Shown piece by piece: positions 19,112-30,199 of a stretch of DNA of 64,000 bases. The stretch's first letter is position 1; the number at the start of each line of letters is the position of its first letter. The notes beneath the pieces are model-generated. The model ran no database searches. It worked only from the letters and a program-made list of their open reading frames with translations, and was not told the origin of the DNA. This stretch comes from Oligoflexales bacterium (lineage in GTDB: Bacteria > Bdellovibrionota_B > Oligoflexia > Oligoflexales > JAPPIL01): contig OZ244057.1 of assembly GCA_965215515.1 (NCBI GenBank), positions 1 to 64,000 on the forward strand. Direction: 5' to 3'. Made by a program: the position numbers and the translations under genes.

Positions 19112-21601
19112 GTGAGAGCAAAAAGAAAAATAGACATTGAGGTAAACAAGTACAAAAAGAAAAGAAAGAACAATCCCGCCGCGGGTTTAGTATCAGAAGA
19201 AACTGAACCACTTGAAGTTGTAAAAAAGAAAAAATACAGCTATGACCCGCATCTTTCCCCAGAGTTGCAATGGGCGGGCAAAAAAGAACATACTTCGTTT
19301 GCTGTGCCTACTGTATCCCTACATACCCACGAAAAAATAGATTCGCGAGCAATTATCGAACGCGTGCGTAAAACTAACACAGTAAATTATGTGCAGCAGT
19401 CGCTATTCAAAGACGAGCAAACTATCCCGACAAAATACGATATTGATTTTTACAAACATGACAAAAATTGGAGCAACCGCCTGATTGCGGGTGATTCACT
19501 GCTAGTGATGAATTCGCTACTGGAAAAAGAAGGCATGGGTGGCAAAGTGCAGTGTGTCTACATCGACCCACCTTATGGCATCAAATATGGCTCAAATTTT
19601 CAGCCCTTCACCAATAAACGCGATGTTAAAGATGGCAAAGACGAAGATCTTACCGCCGAACCTGAAATGCTCAAAGCTTTTCGCGATACATGGGAACTTG
19701 GTATTCACTCGTGGCTTGCCTATCTGCGAGATCGGTTGCTGTTAGCAAGAGAGCTATTGACTGATAGCGGCTCATGCTTTGTGCAGATTTCTGATGAAAA
19801 TGTGCACCTTGTTAGAAATATTATGGACGAAATTTTTGTGCGGGATAATTTTATCTCTGAAATAGTTTTTAGAAAGAAACAGATGCCTCTTGGGGCAAAA
19901 TACATCGAGAGATCATCTGATTTCATACTGTGGTATGCAAAAAATAAAAAGGCTACAAAGTATAGGCCGTTGTACATTAAGAAGAATGTGGAAGGAAATA
20001 GTATATGGAACTGGGTTGAGCTTGCTGATGGAACTAGACGTAAGCTCAAGAAGGAAGAAATAAACAATCATGCCCTCATTCCTAAAGGGGCAAAAATTTT
20101 TCAGAGTAAGTTTCTTATGGAGAGTAAGAATGCAGTTGGAAATTTTCAGTATGATGTTTCATTTCAAAATAAAGTCTACAATCCAAAAAATTTTGGAAAA
20201 GGGTGGGTCACTCATGAAGTTGGAATGAAAAATTTGTTAAAAAACAATAGAGTAATACTGAGAGGAAATACATTAGGGTATGTGTTGTATCACGACGACT
20301 ACCCATGCACATCTTTGATGAATGTGTGGCACGATACGGGAAGCCCATCAGATATGAGATATGTAGTGCAAACAAACCCACAGGTTATTCAACGTTGTAT
20401 CTTAATGACAACTGACCCAGGCGACCTTGTGCTTGACCCCACGTGCGGCAGTGGTACGACGGCCTATGTCGCTGAACAGTGGGGGAGACGGTGGATTACC
20501 TGTGATACGTCTCGTGTTGCCATTACCTTAGCTAAACAACGTTTGATGACCGCTGTATTTGATTATTACAAACTAGAAAATCCCCATGAGGGTGTCAGCA
20601 GTGGTTTTCAGTATGAAAAAGTGCCACACATTACGCTTGGCTCGATTGCTAATAATGAACCGCCGAAGGAAGAAACACTATACGATAAGCCATTGAAGGA
20701 CAGTAAGAAAGTTAGAGTTACCGCACCTTTCACTGTTGAAGCTGTGCCTTCGCAGTCAGTACAACATCTCAGCCAAGAAAATGGAGTGCTGCGTAATTAC
20801 GACTGGCTAGATGAAGTAAAGAAGAATGGTGTTCGTGGCAAAAGGGGTATCACTGCCGATATGGGGTTCGCCAGATTAGAAGTAGTGAGAGGATTTAAAT
20901 ATTTGCACGCGGAAGGAGAAACAACCAACCCCCGTCGAGTTGTTATGTCTTTTGGTTCAGAATATGCTCCGCTCGATAAGCGACAGGTGGAGGTAGCACT
21001 TGAGGAAGCAAAGAATTTATGTCCCGATGTGCTTATCTTTGCTGCATTTCATTTTGATGCAGAGGCGGCAAAGCTGATCGCAGCTAGCGGCAATGGCAAA
21101 ATGAAGGTGGCACAGGTGCAGATGAATATGGACTTGCAAACTAAAGATTTGAAGAAAAAAACATCATCTAACGAAAGTTTTTGGCTTATTGGACAGCCAG
21201 ATGTAGAGGTAGAAAAGAGCAAGGATAATAAATATGTCGTGAAAGTTAAGGGTTGGGACTACTACGATCCTACTTCAGGACAAATTAAATCAGGCGGACA
21301 AAACAAGGTTGCTATGTGGCTGCTTGATACAGATTATGATGGTAAAGCAGTGTTTCCTAAACAGGTCTTCTTCCCTATGGCGGGCAAAAAAGATGGTTGG
21401 ACTAAATTAGCCAAAAATTTGAAGACAGAGATAGATGAAGGGTTAGTTGAACAGTATCGTGGCACTGAATCTCTACCGTTTGAAGCTGGTGATAACAAAA
21501 AAATTGCCGTAAAAATTATTGATGATCGCGGTATCGAATCGCTTAAGATAACTGATCTCTCCAAGTTATCTAATATCTCGATTAACAAGAAAGCTGCCTG
21601 A
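19112..21601 (+). CDS. mod: Type III R-M DNA methyltransferase (Mod)
   Basis: YIDPPYG catalytic motif, DLVLDPTCGSGTT SAM-binding motif and an AT-rich central TRD. Confidence 0.92.
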   Translation: MRAKRKIDIEVNKYKKKRKNNPAAGLVSEETEPLEVVKKKKYSYDPHLSPELQWAGKKEHTSFAVPTVSLHTHEKIDSRAIIERVRKTNTVNYVQQSLFKDEQTIPTKYDIDFYKHDKNWSNRLIAGDSLLVMNSLLEKEGMGGKVQCVYIDPPYGIKYGSNFQPFTNKRDVKDGKDEDLTAEPEMLKAFRDTWELGIHSWLAYLRDRLLLARELLTDSGSCFVQISDENVHLVRNIMDEIFVRDNFISEIVFRKKQMPLGAKYIERSSDFILWYAKNKKATKYRPLYIKKNVEGNSIWNWVELADGTRRKLKKEEINNHALIPKGAKIFQSKFLMESKNAVGNFQYDVSFQNKVYNPKNFGKGWVTHEVGMKNLLKNNRVILRGNTLGYVLYHDDYPCTSLMNVWHDTGSPSDMRYVVQTNPQVIQRCILMTTDPGDLVLDPTCGSGTTAYVAEQWGRRWITCDTSRVAITLAKQRLMTAVFDYYKLENPHEGVSSGFQYEKVPHITLGSIANNEPPKEETLYDKPLKDSKKVRVTAPFTVEAVPSQSVQHLSQENGVLRNYDWLDEVKKNGVRGKRGITADMGFARLEVVRGFKYLHAEGETTNPRRVVMSFGSEYAPLDKRQVEVALEEAKNLCPDVLIFAAFHFDAEAAKLIAASGNGKMKVAQVQMNMDLQTKDLKKKTSSNESFWLIGQPDVEVEKSKDNKYVVKVKGWDYYDPTSGQIKSGGQNKVAMWLLDTDYDGKAVFPKQVFFPMAGKKDGWTKLAKNLKTEIDEGLVEQYRGTESLPFEAGDNKKIAVKIIDDRGIESLKITDLSKLSNISINKKAA

Positions 21602-24327
21602 TGAGTGCTGATTACAAGGATAAGATAGACCAGCTTATCATTAACTCTCCGTTTGCAGAGCCTGAACAGCACTGGGAATTTGACAAAACAAAAGGAAAAT
21701 TTTTTGTTAAGGGTGGCAGAAGAAATGCAGGCTATGTTATCGCTTCACAAAGCAAGAAATACACCGAGCAAGGTGATTTTATTGAACTTCCACTGGTTAA
21801 TAAAATTCGCCCTCGCGTTAAGAAATGGCGTACTGGTGGCTATCAAGGGGTGACTGGTATAACTAAGAGGTTACTAGAATTTTGGCGCACAGAGAAAGCT
21901 GATGGTCGTGATTACGAATTTTTCTTCTGTCAGCTAGAAGCAATCGAAACACTAATTTGGCTTAAAGAAGCACCTGCTAATGAACGCGTTGGTATTACTA
22001 TAGAAGGAGATGGAGGAGAATTTGAACGCTTGTGTTGCAAGATGGCTACAGGTACAGGGAAAACGTATGTGATGGCAATGACTATCGCATGGCAGATTTT
22101 GAATAACGTGACATATCCGCAGGATGCGCGTTTTTCTAAAAATATCTTCATTGTTGCTCCAAATCTGACTGTCAAGAGTCGCCTCGACGTGCTTTATTTT
22201 GATGCCGAAACCAATTACTATGAGCAAAACAAAATCGTCCCCTATGACCTGCTGCCAAAGCTGCGGCAAGGAAAAATTCTGATCGAAAACTGGCATATTC
22301 TGATGTGGGAAAGTGACGATCAACTTGCTAAGAGAAAGAGTATAGATAAAAGAGGAGCCAAAAGTGATGAAGCGTGGATACGCGATGTTTTAGACAATGA
22401 CATGGCAAGATCGAGAAATATTCTCGTTATCAATGACGAAGCACATCACGCGTGGCGTAGCAGACGAGAAGAGAAGAAAAAAGGTATTGATAAGAACGAA
22501 GAGAAGATGGCAACTTGTTGGATTGAAGGGCTTGATCGTATTAACAAGGCACGTGGCATTCTAACCTGTTTTGATTTCTCTGCGACACCGTTTGCCCCTT
22601 CAGGCAGTAAGGGGCGGCCATCCTATGAGGAAGATTTATTTAAGTGGATTGTAAGTGATTTCGGTCTGATGGATGCTATAGAGGCAGGCTTAACAAAAAC
22701 ACCTCGCTTTGTTGTGCGTGATGATGGCCCCGTTAATCCCAAAGACTACAAGTCAAAGCTATATCATATCTACGATGATGAAGAGGTCAAAGATAGCCTA
22801 AACCGTAGGGCTGCACCAACAGCTATGTTGCCTGCGCTGGTAAGGAATGCTTATTTGCTACTAGGGTATGACTGGCAGAAAACTTTAGAAGAATGGCAGA
22901 AGAATAATATGCTAACGCCACCAGTTATGATCTCTGTGGTCAATAGAAAAGAAACCGCTAATCGCGTAGAACACATGTTTAAAGGCAAAAGAATTAGCAT
23001 CGAGGGGCTACACGATGAAGAAAAAACTCTTTTGATTTATTCTGATATAGAGACAGGCAAACAAGAAGAATTACGTGAGAAGGTTAATACCGTTGGCAAA
23101 AGAGATGCAGCAGGTGAACGTATACGGCATGTTATCTCTGTGGCGATGCTTACTGAAGGTTGGAACTGTCAGACTGTTACCCATATCATGGGATTACGAG
23201 CTTTTTCTAGTCAGCTGTTGTGTGAGCAAATTGTCGGTAGAGGTTTGCGGCGCACTTCTTATGATCTAAACGATGAAGGAATGTTTGAGCCTGAGTATGT
23301 GAATATATTTGGTATTCCTTTCTCATTTATTCCACATGAAAATGCAGGTGGAGGCAGTCCGCGCCCCGCATCACCACGTATACCTATCTACCCTGATCCA
23401 GAAAAAGAAAAATATAAGATAACGTGGCCGAATGTGGAAAGGATAGATCATAATATTCACCCAAAACTCAGCGTTGATTTTGCTAAAGTTGAAGCACTAG
23501 AGATTTCAAGAATAGCAAAAATAGCAGAGCTAGCTCCTGAAGTTGATGGGCAGCCTGATTACGACAAAATAAAAACTATTGATCTAGAAAAATTGGTGCA
23601 AGGTACTCGCATGCAAGAGTTGTTATTTATAACTGCCAGCAATGTTTACGATCAGATAGATCACGGCTGGAAAGAAAAGATCAACCAAACATTTGCTATG
23701 CAACAGCTATTGGGTATCGTCGAAAACTTCTTGCATTCCAACAAGTTTAGAATTGAACCAAAATCTTTTCAAGAAGATGAGACAAGAAGAAAAGTAGCGA
23801 TTATGATGGGCATGGAGCAGATTGTCAGGAAAGTTTTCTCTGCTATTACGCACCAGAACTCAACAGAACTTACCATTCTTTACAAAAACCCTAAGTATCG
23901 TTCAACTAAAGACGCTATAGAGTGGCGCACAGCGAAAGAAACTAAACCATTCAAAAAAACACATATGAATCTTTGTGTGATCGATAGTGCTTGGGAAGCA
24001 GCCCATGCAAGAGAATTAGATCGTAATCCTGATGTTGCAGCATGGGTTAAAAACGATCATCTTGGTTTTGAAATTCCTTATGTCCATAGCGGGGTGAGGC
24101 GTGGTTACATCCCTGATTTTATTGTCAAGCTAACTAACAACAAACACCTTATCCTTGAGGTAAAAGGGCAGAAGAAAAATAAGGATGAGTCTAAATGGGA
24201 GGCAATGGAAACATGGACGAAAGCTGTTAGCCAGAGTGAAGAAAATGGCGAGTGGCATTTTGATGTCTCACAAGACCCAGCAGGCCAAAGAGTGCATCAG
24301 ATTGTTGCTATGCTGATGCAAAACTAG
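21601..24327 (+). CDS. res: Type III R-M restriction subunit (Res), SF2 helicase plus PD-(D/E)xK nuclease
   Basis: MATGTGKT, NDEAHH, FSATP, EQIVGRGLRR and YIPDFIV...LEVKG; TGATG coupling to mod. Confidence 0.92.
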   Translation: MSADYKDKIDQLIINSPFAEPEQHWEFDKTKGKFFVKGGRRNAGYVIASQSKKYTEQGDFIELPLVNKIRPRVKKWRTGGYQGVTGITKRLLEFWRTEKADGRDYEFFFCQLEAIETLIWLKEAPANERVGITIEGDGGEFERLCCKMATGTGKTYVMAMTIAWQILNNVTYPQDARFSKNIFIVAPNLTVKSRLDVLYFDAETNYYEQNKIVPYDLLPKLRQGKILIENWHILMWESDDQLAKRKSIDKRGAKSDEAWIRDVLDNDMARSRNILVINDEAHHAWRSRREEKKKGIDKNEEKMATCWIEGLDRINKARGILTCFDFSATPFAPSGSKGRPSYEEDLFKWIVSDFGLMDAIEAGLTKTPRFVVRDDGPVNPKDYKSKLYHIYDDEEVKDSLNRRAAPTAMLPALVRNAYLLLGYDWQKTLEEWQKNNMLTPPVMISVVNRKETANRVEHMFKGKRISIEGLHDEEKTLLIYSDIETGKQEELREKVNTVGKRDAAGERIRHVISVAMLTEGWNCQTVTHIMGLRAFSSQLLCEQIVGRGLRRTSYDLNDEGMFEPEYVNIFGIPFSFIPHENAGGGSPRPASPRIPIYPDPEKEKYKITWPNVERIDHNIHPKLSVDFAKVEALEISRIAKIAELAPEVDGQPDYDKIKTIDLEKLVQGTRMQELLFITASNVYDQIDHGWKEKINQTFAMQQLLGIVENFLHSNKFRIEPKSFQEDETRRKVAIMMGMEQIVRKVFSAITHQNSTELTILYKNPKYRSTKDAIEWRTAKETKPFKKTHMNLCVIDSAWEAAHARELDRNPDVAAWVKNDHLGFEIPYVHSGVRRGYIPDFIVKLTNNKHLILEVKGQKKNKDESKWEAMETWTKAVSQSEENGEWHFDVSQDPAGQRVHQIVAMLMQN

Positions 24328-24464
24328 CGGAGCAAGTTAGCAGAATATCTTCTGCCTCGACAGCTTCTTGCCTTAATTAATTTCACTGTGTATGACTTAG
24401 TTGTTGCTATTGAAAAAATCAAGACATCCCGATAGGTTATTCAGAAAATAGCAAAGGGCAATCT

Positions 24465-24995
24465 ATGTTTTGGCAAGCTACTTGGTCATTTGTTGTTAAA
24501 CAAGTTAAAAATAATTTTTGGCGAACACTTCATTGGATAAAGAACAAGATATTAGAAAAAGATTTAGATGTAAGACTAAGATACGATGGCAAGTTTTTAA
24601 AGCTTTACTGTATCAATCAAGGCAAACGAGAACTCTTATTTTTTTATTATGAATCATCAAAGGAAGATACAAAACCAATATCTATTAACAGTTCGCATAA
24701 AGTACATGGCTGTTGGTTTGCGAGAGAGGATGTTTCCCACCCTATATGGACACAACCGGGAGCTGACAAGATACATCCTGACAATGAAAGCAAAACATAT
24801 ACTAGATACAGTCCACAGTATTTTCACATAGCACCCCGTGTGGCTGAACAGTTTCTTATTCTTGATAACCAGCAATGGCATGATTTCATCAATAAATCTA
24901 ATGATTTATTTTTAGAAGATCATGTCGGCAGAAGGTTTTATATACCCAATTCCGACTTTCAAAAAATCAAAAAAGCAAGATCAGGCAGAGATTGA
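24465..24995 (+). CDS. Hypothetical protein
   Basis: 176-aa AT-rich ORF with no recognisable motif. Confidence 0.5.
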   Translation: MFWQATWSFVVKQVKNNFWRTLHWIKNKILEKDLDVRLRYDGKFLKLYCINQGKRELLFFYYESSKEDTKPISINSSHKVHGCWFAREDVSHPIWTQPGADKIHPDNESKTYTRYSPQYFHIAPRVAEQFLILDNQQWHDFINKSNDLFLEDHVGRRFYIPNSDFQKIKKARSGRD

Positions 24996-25111
24996 TGCTG
25001 GAGCAACAATTAAGTCATACACAGTGAAAAATTATTCATCAATCCAAACAAAACCCTAGACATACACTCCCCCAAAAATAGGGTGCTCAAGCATTTAGGT
25101 GCGGAAGTCAG

Positions 25112-25438
25112 GATAAACAACTGAGAGTAACGTCTGTCACTGTGGTTTTGATTGGGGCTGATACAGCAAGCAGGCGATGGGTAAGGTATGAAATAGCTCA
25201 AAGCATCGACAGGAAAAACGGGCTTCTGGGCATTTACATTCACAACGTCAAGGATTTTAGGACTGGTGCTGCCGATTACAAGGGCGAGAACCCGTTCTCA
25301 AAACACTTTAACTTTACCCTCGCTCATGGCCAGATGGCGTATCCGTGCTGTAGTTACTACGATTGGATAAACGACAATGGGCAGGCTAATCTGCCAAGGT
25401 GGATCGAGACGGCCGCCAAACAAGCAGGGAGGAGTTAG
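25112..25438 (+). pseudogene. ThsB-like TIR domain protein, 5'-truncated
   Basis: DKQLRVTSVTVVLIGADTASRRWVRYEI...NGLLGIYIH; the N-terminal FISF-type strand is absent. Confidence 0.75.
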
Positions 25439-25441
25439 TCG

Positions 25442-25839
25442 TTGGACAGTGACAGGATAGAGCATCTGAAGTTTATTCAAACATAATCAGCCGCATGGCT
25501 GGCAATAGTGGCCTGATGAAGCGGTGGACGATGGCACTTGTCCCTGTTGTGGCTGCGTTTGGGAAGTTTGGCGATGCACCCATTGTAGCAGGCATTGCTG
25601 GTGTCATTCCTTTCATCTTCATGTGGCGACAGGATGCTAAGTATTTAAGGCTAGAGCGGGCGTATATAAAACTATACGAGGCGATTGTTGCTAAAGAGGA
25701 TGTCAGGATGTTCGACCTCGACCCTAAGCCGTATCTTGGTTGTGTTGGCTCTACTTTCAAAACGGTGCGCTCATGGTCGGTTGCCTCATTCTATTTCCCG
25801 CTCCTCGTCGCACTGGTAGTGGCATTAGCAACTGTGTAG
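25442..25839 (+). pseudogene. TIR-associated membrane protein, frameshifted near the 5' end
   Basis: TTG-DSDRIEHLKFIQ, then a frameshift into IISRMAGNSGLMKRW...DAKYLRLERAYIKLY; three hydrophobic segments. Confidence 0.65.
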
Positions 25840-26105
25840 TATTGTCAGTCTGATACTCGGTCTAACTCGTTGCTGGCTTTGAACGGGGTTAACTCCGCGG
25901 ACTAGTGACCACAATTAGGATGCTCTGTTTTCTCCTTCCAAGCACCAGAGCTAGCTCACTTGCAAACAGTTGTTGCAAAATTTGCAATAACTGCCTGCCG
26001 CTGCAACGAGCGATGCGTGTTTATCTACCTGTAGCGTGGTATGGAGAAAGTTTAGGTTTGAGATGGAACAAGTGGCTATGCATCTCTATCTCTAGTAAAT
26101 CTCGC

Positions 26106-27173
26106 CTAGCTCCGATTAAGATCGCGCTTAATCTTCGCCAGTTCTTGCTTTGAGAGCTGCGAAGCTTTGCAGATTATCCGCTCATCTACGCCTTCCATCA
26201 AGAAACGCCTAACCATCTCCAACTTTCCTTGTTCGATGCCAAGTTGTTTCCCCTGCTGCTTGCCCTGCTCGATACCGAGTTGCTTGCCCTGTTCGATGCC
26301 GAGTTGCTTAGCCCTATCGCTCTGTGTCTCTAGCATGGTCTCTAACCTCTCTTCCTGTGCCAAGTCTGGCCACCTTTCCCGATCAACACGATAGAAATCA
26401 CCTTCTCCAATCGCGTTATCGGCATTTTCGTAGTATACGCTTAGGTTTTCTAGTATAAAAGCCCCATCTTCGGGGGAAAGCAAGCGGCCTTTGGTCAGCA
26501 ACGCAGCTACCGTATCATCATTCGCATGCCACACCTCGGACATGCCCTGCACCGCGGTTACCGCACACTTCGCATCCTCCCAGAAATTATCGAGCTGTAG
26601 CTTGCGTAAATTCACCGTCAAACACGGCATATGTCGGAACAAATACCTATACTCCTCCAAGACAGGCGGGATTTCTTCGTCGCCAAATTCAAGCGATAGA
26701 TCATCTTTAGGCGGCTCGAAGTCCTTATCCTTACAACATATTAAAACTACAGGGAGAACTAAGTTGCGAACTGCTCCCTTTCTCCTTGACTTGCGCTTGA
26801 GCTGCTCACGACGAGCGATCAGATAATACTCCATCGTCTGTAGAATCACTTCAGGGTCACGATAGCTCTTGTGCTCCAGAATGAAGGTTATCGCGATCTC
26901 TGTATCAGTGCCCTTAAATCGAGCCTCTGCGGTAAGGTCGGTGCGTATCTCCCCACCAGCTCGCTTCAACAGTATGCCATCCTTGATAGTCAGGCTCTCT
27001 GCATCAAGAGCGGCGATAAACTTGGGCGGAAAGATCATTCGCAATAACTGCATGAGATAATTAGTATTTTTGAATATTTTTTTGAAAAATCCATCATGCA
27101 GGTTGTGGCCTTCCCGCAAGATGGATTTTTGTTTTTTTCTGCTCAAATGCCTACTCCTGCAGTTTCTTGGCAA
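26106..27173 (-). CDS. Rpn/YhgA-like PD-(D/E)xK nuclease
   Basis: HDGFFKKIF, RTDL, ILEHKSYRD and C-terminal GIEQGKQ repeats followed by a short HTH. Confidence 0.88.
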   Translation of the reverse strand: MPRNCRSRHLSRKKQKSILREGHNLHDGFFKKIFKNTNYLMQLLRMIFPPKFIAALDAESLTIKDGILLKRAGGEIRTDLTAEARFKGTDTEIAITFILEHKSYRDPEVILQTMEYYLIARREQLKRKSRRKGAVRNLVLPVVLICCKDKDFEPPKDDLSLEFGDEEIPPVLEEYRYLFRHMPCLTVNLRKLQLDNFWEDAKCAVTAVQGMSEVWHANDDTVAALLTKGRLLSPEDGAFILENLSVYYENADNAIGEGDFYRVDRERWPDLAQEERLETMLETQSDRAKQLGIEQGKQLGIEQGKQQGKQLGIEQGKLEMVRRFLMEGVDERIICKASQLSKQELAKIKRDLNRS

Positions 27174-27185
27174 AATGACACCTAC

Positions 27186-27614
27186 CTATACTAGCACTTT
27201 CCCCGAAATATACACACCTTCTCTTTTGAGGATCTCGGCGACCGTGCAGTTGTGCCAGCCTTTGCCCTGCTGCTTGGTAGGTATCTTCATGGTATTCAAG
27301 TATCTAGCGATGGCGTTCGTGCTGATCCCCTCAGCATACATCGTCCTGATGGTGTCTATGGTGCGCAACTCGGCCTTGTGATCCACTGTTCTGCCACCGA
27401 CCCGCCGTTTACCGTAGGCAGACCACCTAGAACCGCGGTAGTCTGGCGTTTGGCGCAGGGGGATGTTGTATTTCAAGAGCAAGCTTCTGACGTATGTTTT
27501 TGAACACGAAAATTCACTGGCGATAGCCCGTGTTGAGAGCCGATTTTCGAGATATTTTCGTTTGATCACGCTTTCAGGGATGATTGGCGAAGTTTTGTAA
27601 GCCCCTGATCTCAT
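27186..27614 (-). CDS. HTH plus recombinase-domain module, in frame with LSR copy 2 or a standalone gene from the ATG at 27614
   Basis: LSTRAIASEFSCSKTYVRSLL HTH; AYGKRR...ELRTIDTIRTMYAEGISTNAIARYLN..IPTKQQGKGW..TVAEILKR resembles the LSR recombinase DNA-binding domain. Confidence 0.65.
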   Translation of the reverse strand: MRSGAYKTSPIIPESVIKRKYLENRLSTRAIASEFSCSKTYVRSLLLKYNIPLRQTPDYRGSRWSAYGKRRVGGRTVDHKAELRTIDTIRTMYAEGISTNAIARYLNTMKIPTKQQGKGWHNCTVAEILKREGVYISGKVLV

Positions 27615-27659
27615 TGATAATTGCTGATTGGACACAGATTTTGTGGCTCGATGGATCTG

Positions 27660-29035
27660 CTCCGCTCTCCCAGCGTACACACAGAATGTGTCCTCACCTG
27701 AGTTTTCAGGTGAGGATGTGTTGTTGAAAACAAACTCCAGCTGCACCCTCTCACCGTCCAAAGGCTGGACGATAATTTTTTTGAACAGCTGCCTGTAGGT
27801 AGACTTGAGCGAAAGCCAATCCTTCTTCTTGACGTAGTTGATAGCCTTGTGAGTGTGCTTTTGCCACTCGTTTGCACAACGAATATGCCTGAGTGCATGC
27901 AGCGAGCTAGGAAGCGAGCGATGCAAAAGGCGGCGTAGCTGTTTCTTCTTGCTGATAAGCTCCCTCTCCTCGTCTTTCATGGCAGAAACCCGTTCCTTAT
28001 ATTCATCCCTGAAAGAGCGTGCCATCTCCAAGTCATCGTCTTCGAGCAGGAAGTTCAAACGGCGGTCTAGGCGTTGCCTCTCATCTTCCAATTCACCTAG
28101 CTTCGTGTCGATCTCCGTAACTTTTCCCTTCACCAAGTCGATAGTGCTGTCCTTGCGTGCTGAGTAGTCAGCTATGCTCTTCTGAAACTCTGGGGCATTC
28201 TCCGCCACTTGGCGCAGTATCTTCTCGGCTTCAGTGTCGAACGCTTCTGCCTGTACCCTGATTTTGTTGGCCTTGTTGTGGTAGTAGGTCGATTTTTGTG
28301 TCCTGCCCCACGCACTACTGCCCGTAAACCTAGAGCCATCGCTGAAAACCAACAGACCAGTAAGAGGGTAACAACCCTTGGTTGCCTGTGCCCGCGACTT
28401 GTCTAACTCCTTGACCTTATCCTGCACTCGTTGCCACAGCCCTTCGTCGATAACACAACCATGCTCTAGTTTAACTTCGGCAAAGCGTTCATAGGGCATC
28501 AGCTTGTTCTGACGTTTGCCTTCGTTGCGCTTGTTGCGATACCACTTGCCAATGTAGCGGGGATTGGTCAGCAGCGTTCTAAGGCTAGACCTTGTGAAGT
28601 TACACCCCCGTTTAGTCTTGATGTTCTTCTCTTTGCAACGTTCAAGCAGGACATTGTATCTGTCCACATTAAGGAAAGAGGCCATAATCCACTCAACCTG
28701 TTTCAGTTCCTTTTTGTTGGGTGTGTAGCTACCTGTATATTCGCCGTGTTCGTTTCTAACTGCATCAAACCCCAATGTAGATGCCCCCGTAATCCCTGGC
28801 TCGATGTAGAACTCTGTGATCCTATAATTCATCCGCTCTTGTTCCGAACGATACACGGCTTCAGAAATAGCAATGTGAATTTGCTGCTCCAGCGGTCCCC
28901 GTTCAACTGCTACCTGTGTATCATCTGACAGGCGCAAATACACCGCCCCTTCAATGGTTGGCCACTCCTTATTAAATGGCTGCCAGTTCCTGATGTGTTC
29001 ATCGGCAAGGCCGCGCAGCGCGGCCACTTGCCGCT
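27660..29035 (-). pseudogene. Large serine recombinase copy 2 with an in-frame deletion of most of the catalytic domain
   Basis: Near-identical to copy 1. EPGITGAST is joined directly to LGFDAVRN, so the RP and DRxxR motifs and the AEFE helix are absent. Confidence 0.88.
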
Positions 29036-29163
29036 GTTTTGGCTTCCGTTTCCTCGACAGCGAGCGGGCTAGGAGCAAGCAAGCAGAAGGCAAGCAGAAG
29101 GCAAGCAGCAGGCAAGCCACCATAAGCGAAGCGAACGATCTGATCCTCAATCGAAAACTTTTC
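29036..29163 (-). pseudogene. Remnant of the sigma region-4-like gene fused to LSR copy 2
   Basis: KFSIEDQIV...ARSLSRK matches KFSVEDQIIARSLSRK of the gene at 14617-14856. Confidence 0.7.
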
Positions 29164-29430
29164 CCCTCCACTAATACAGAAAAACACAACCTCGCGGTAA
29201 GAGATGGCAACCTTCTGACAACCATATCGCTAACTTTCCACAAGTATTTCACAACTATTTGACAACCTTCAGGGGCTAGCTGCCTCTCCCCTCGCTATGT
29301 CTCGCTTTGGCCTCAAGATAGCGATCAAATCTGGCAGCTAGAAAACTTGCCTCCCCCAATAGTGGCTGATGATGACTTCCCTCTGTCTGGGGGAAACTTG
29401 CGGATACAGGCGTTGAGTGAGGCTTTTAGT

Positions 29431-29484
29431 TGCTGCTATGGGTATTAGCAAGGGTTATCTGAAGCGTCTTGAACGTGGCAAGCT
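29431..29484 (+). pseudogene. 54-bp remnant of the XRE regulator
   Basis: Matches 15361-15414 with 3 mismatches. Confidence 0.85.
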
Positions 29485-29809
29485 AGGTGTATATAATTAA
29501 CATCCTGTTATCAATTAATATCATCTTTGTTTTTTTATATTTACTAAAATCATTATAACATAAAATAAAACTTAAAATTAAAGAAAATAAAAAGACAGGC
29601 CGATGTCTTGATTGATTACAACGCAATAGGAAGAACGGGCATGGCAAAGCGAACCAAACAAATACGGCTGACGCAGCTTAAAGACGAAGGCAAGGAAATT
29701 ATTTTCAAGCCCATAACGGAAATACTGGGCAGTATCTTGATTGATGATGATGAGAAAATAAAACTTGATGAGCTTAGCAAAAAATACGACAAAGCAGCCT
29801 AGTAAAACC

Positions 29810-30199
29810 TCAAACCAAAATACCTTTAGTATAAACAATCCCCTTTTTGCCAAAGAAAGGGACTGGCGGAGAGATAGTCTTAACAACTTCAACATGCCAA
29901 CCCCACCTTGGCTTGTCTTTCCATGCCCACGGTGAGTCTTTATCGACAAAGTGACGGTCATAATCAGCAAAGAAAGATTTAATATTTTTGTATTTGAAGC
30001 ACTTGGTAAACTTGATGGTGGCAGTAATCCGAGACTTGAAATTACCCTGTGTACCGGGAGTTTCAATAAGTAGCATCTCCTTGTTTAGATATTGCTGAGG
30101 GATTGGGTAGAAACGTGTTTCGATAGATTTTTCTCCATAGAGAATTTTTCTGGAAATAGGCCATTGAATATTGATGCCAGTGTAGTTTTTTTTAGTCAC
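29810..30199 (-). CDS. ASCH/PUA-like domain protein
   Basis: GINIQWPISRKILYGEKSIETR matches the ASCH GxKxxExR signature; overlaps the stop of the radical SAM gene. Confidence 0.8.
   Translation of the reverse strand: MTKKNYTGINIQWPISRKILYGEKSIETRFYPIPQQYLNKEMLLIETPGTQGNFKSRITATIKFTKCFKYKNIKSFFADYDRHFVDKDSPWAWKDKPRWGWHVEVVKTISPPVPFFGKKGIVYTKGILV

Noticed and set aside
19112..21601. Phase-variable mod gene (phasevarion)
   Set aside because: No simple-sequence repeat tract was seen and the frame is intact.
29036..29252. Hydrophobic N-terminus of the 688-aa LSR ORF as a membrane anchor
   Set aside because: It derives from a sigma-gene remnant plus a low-complexity filler read in another frame.
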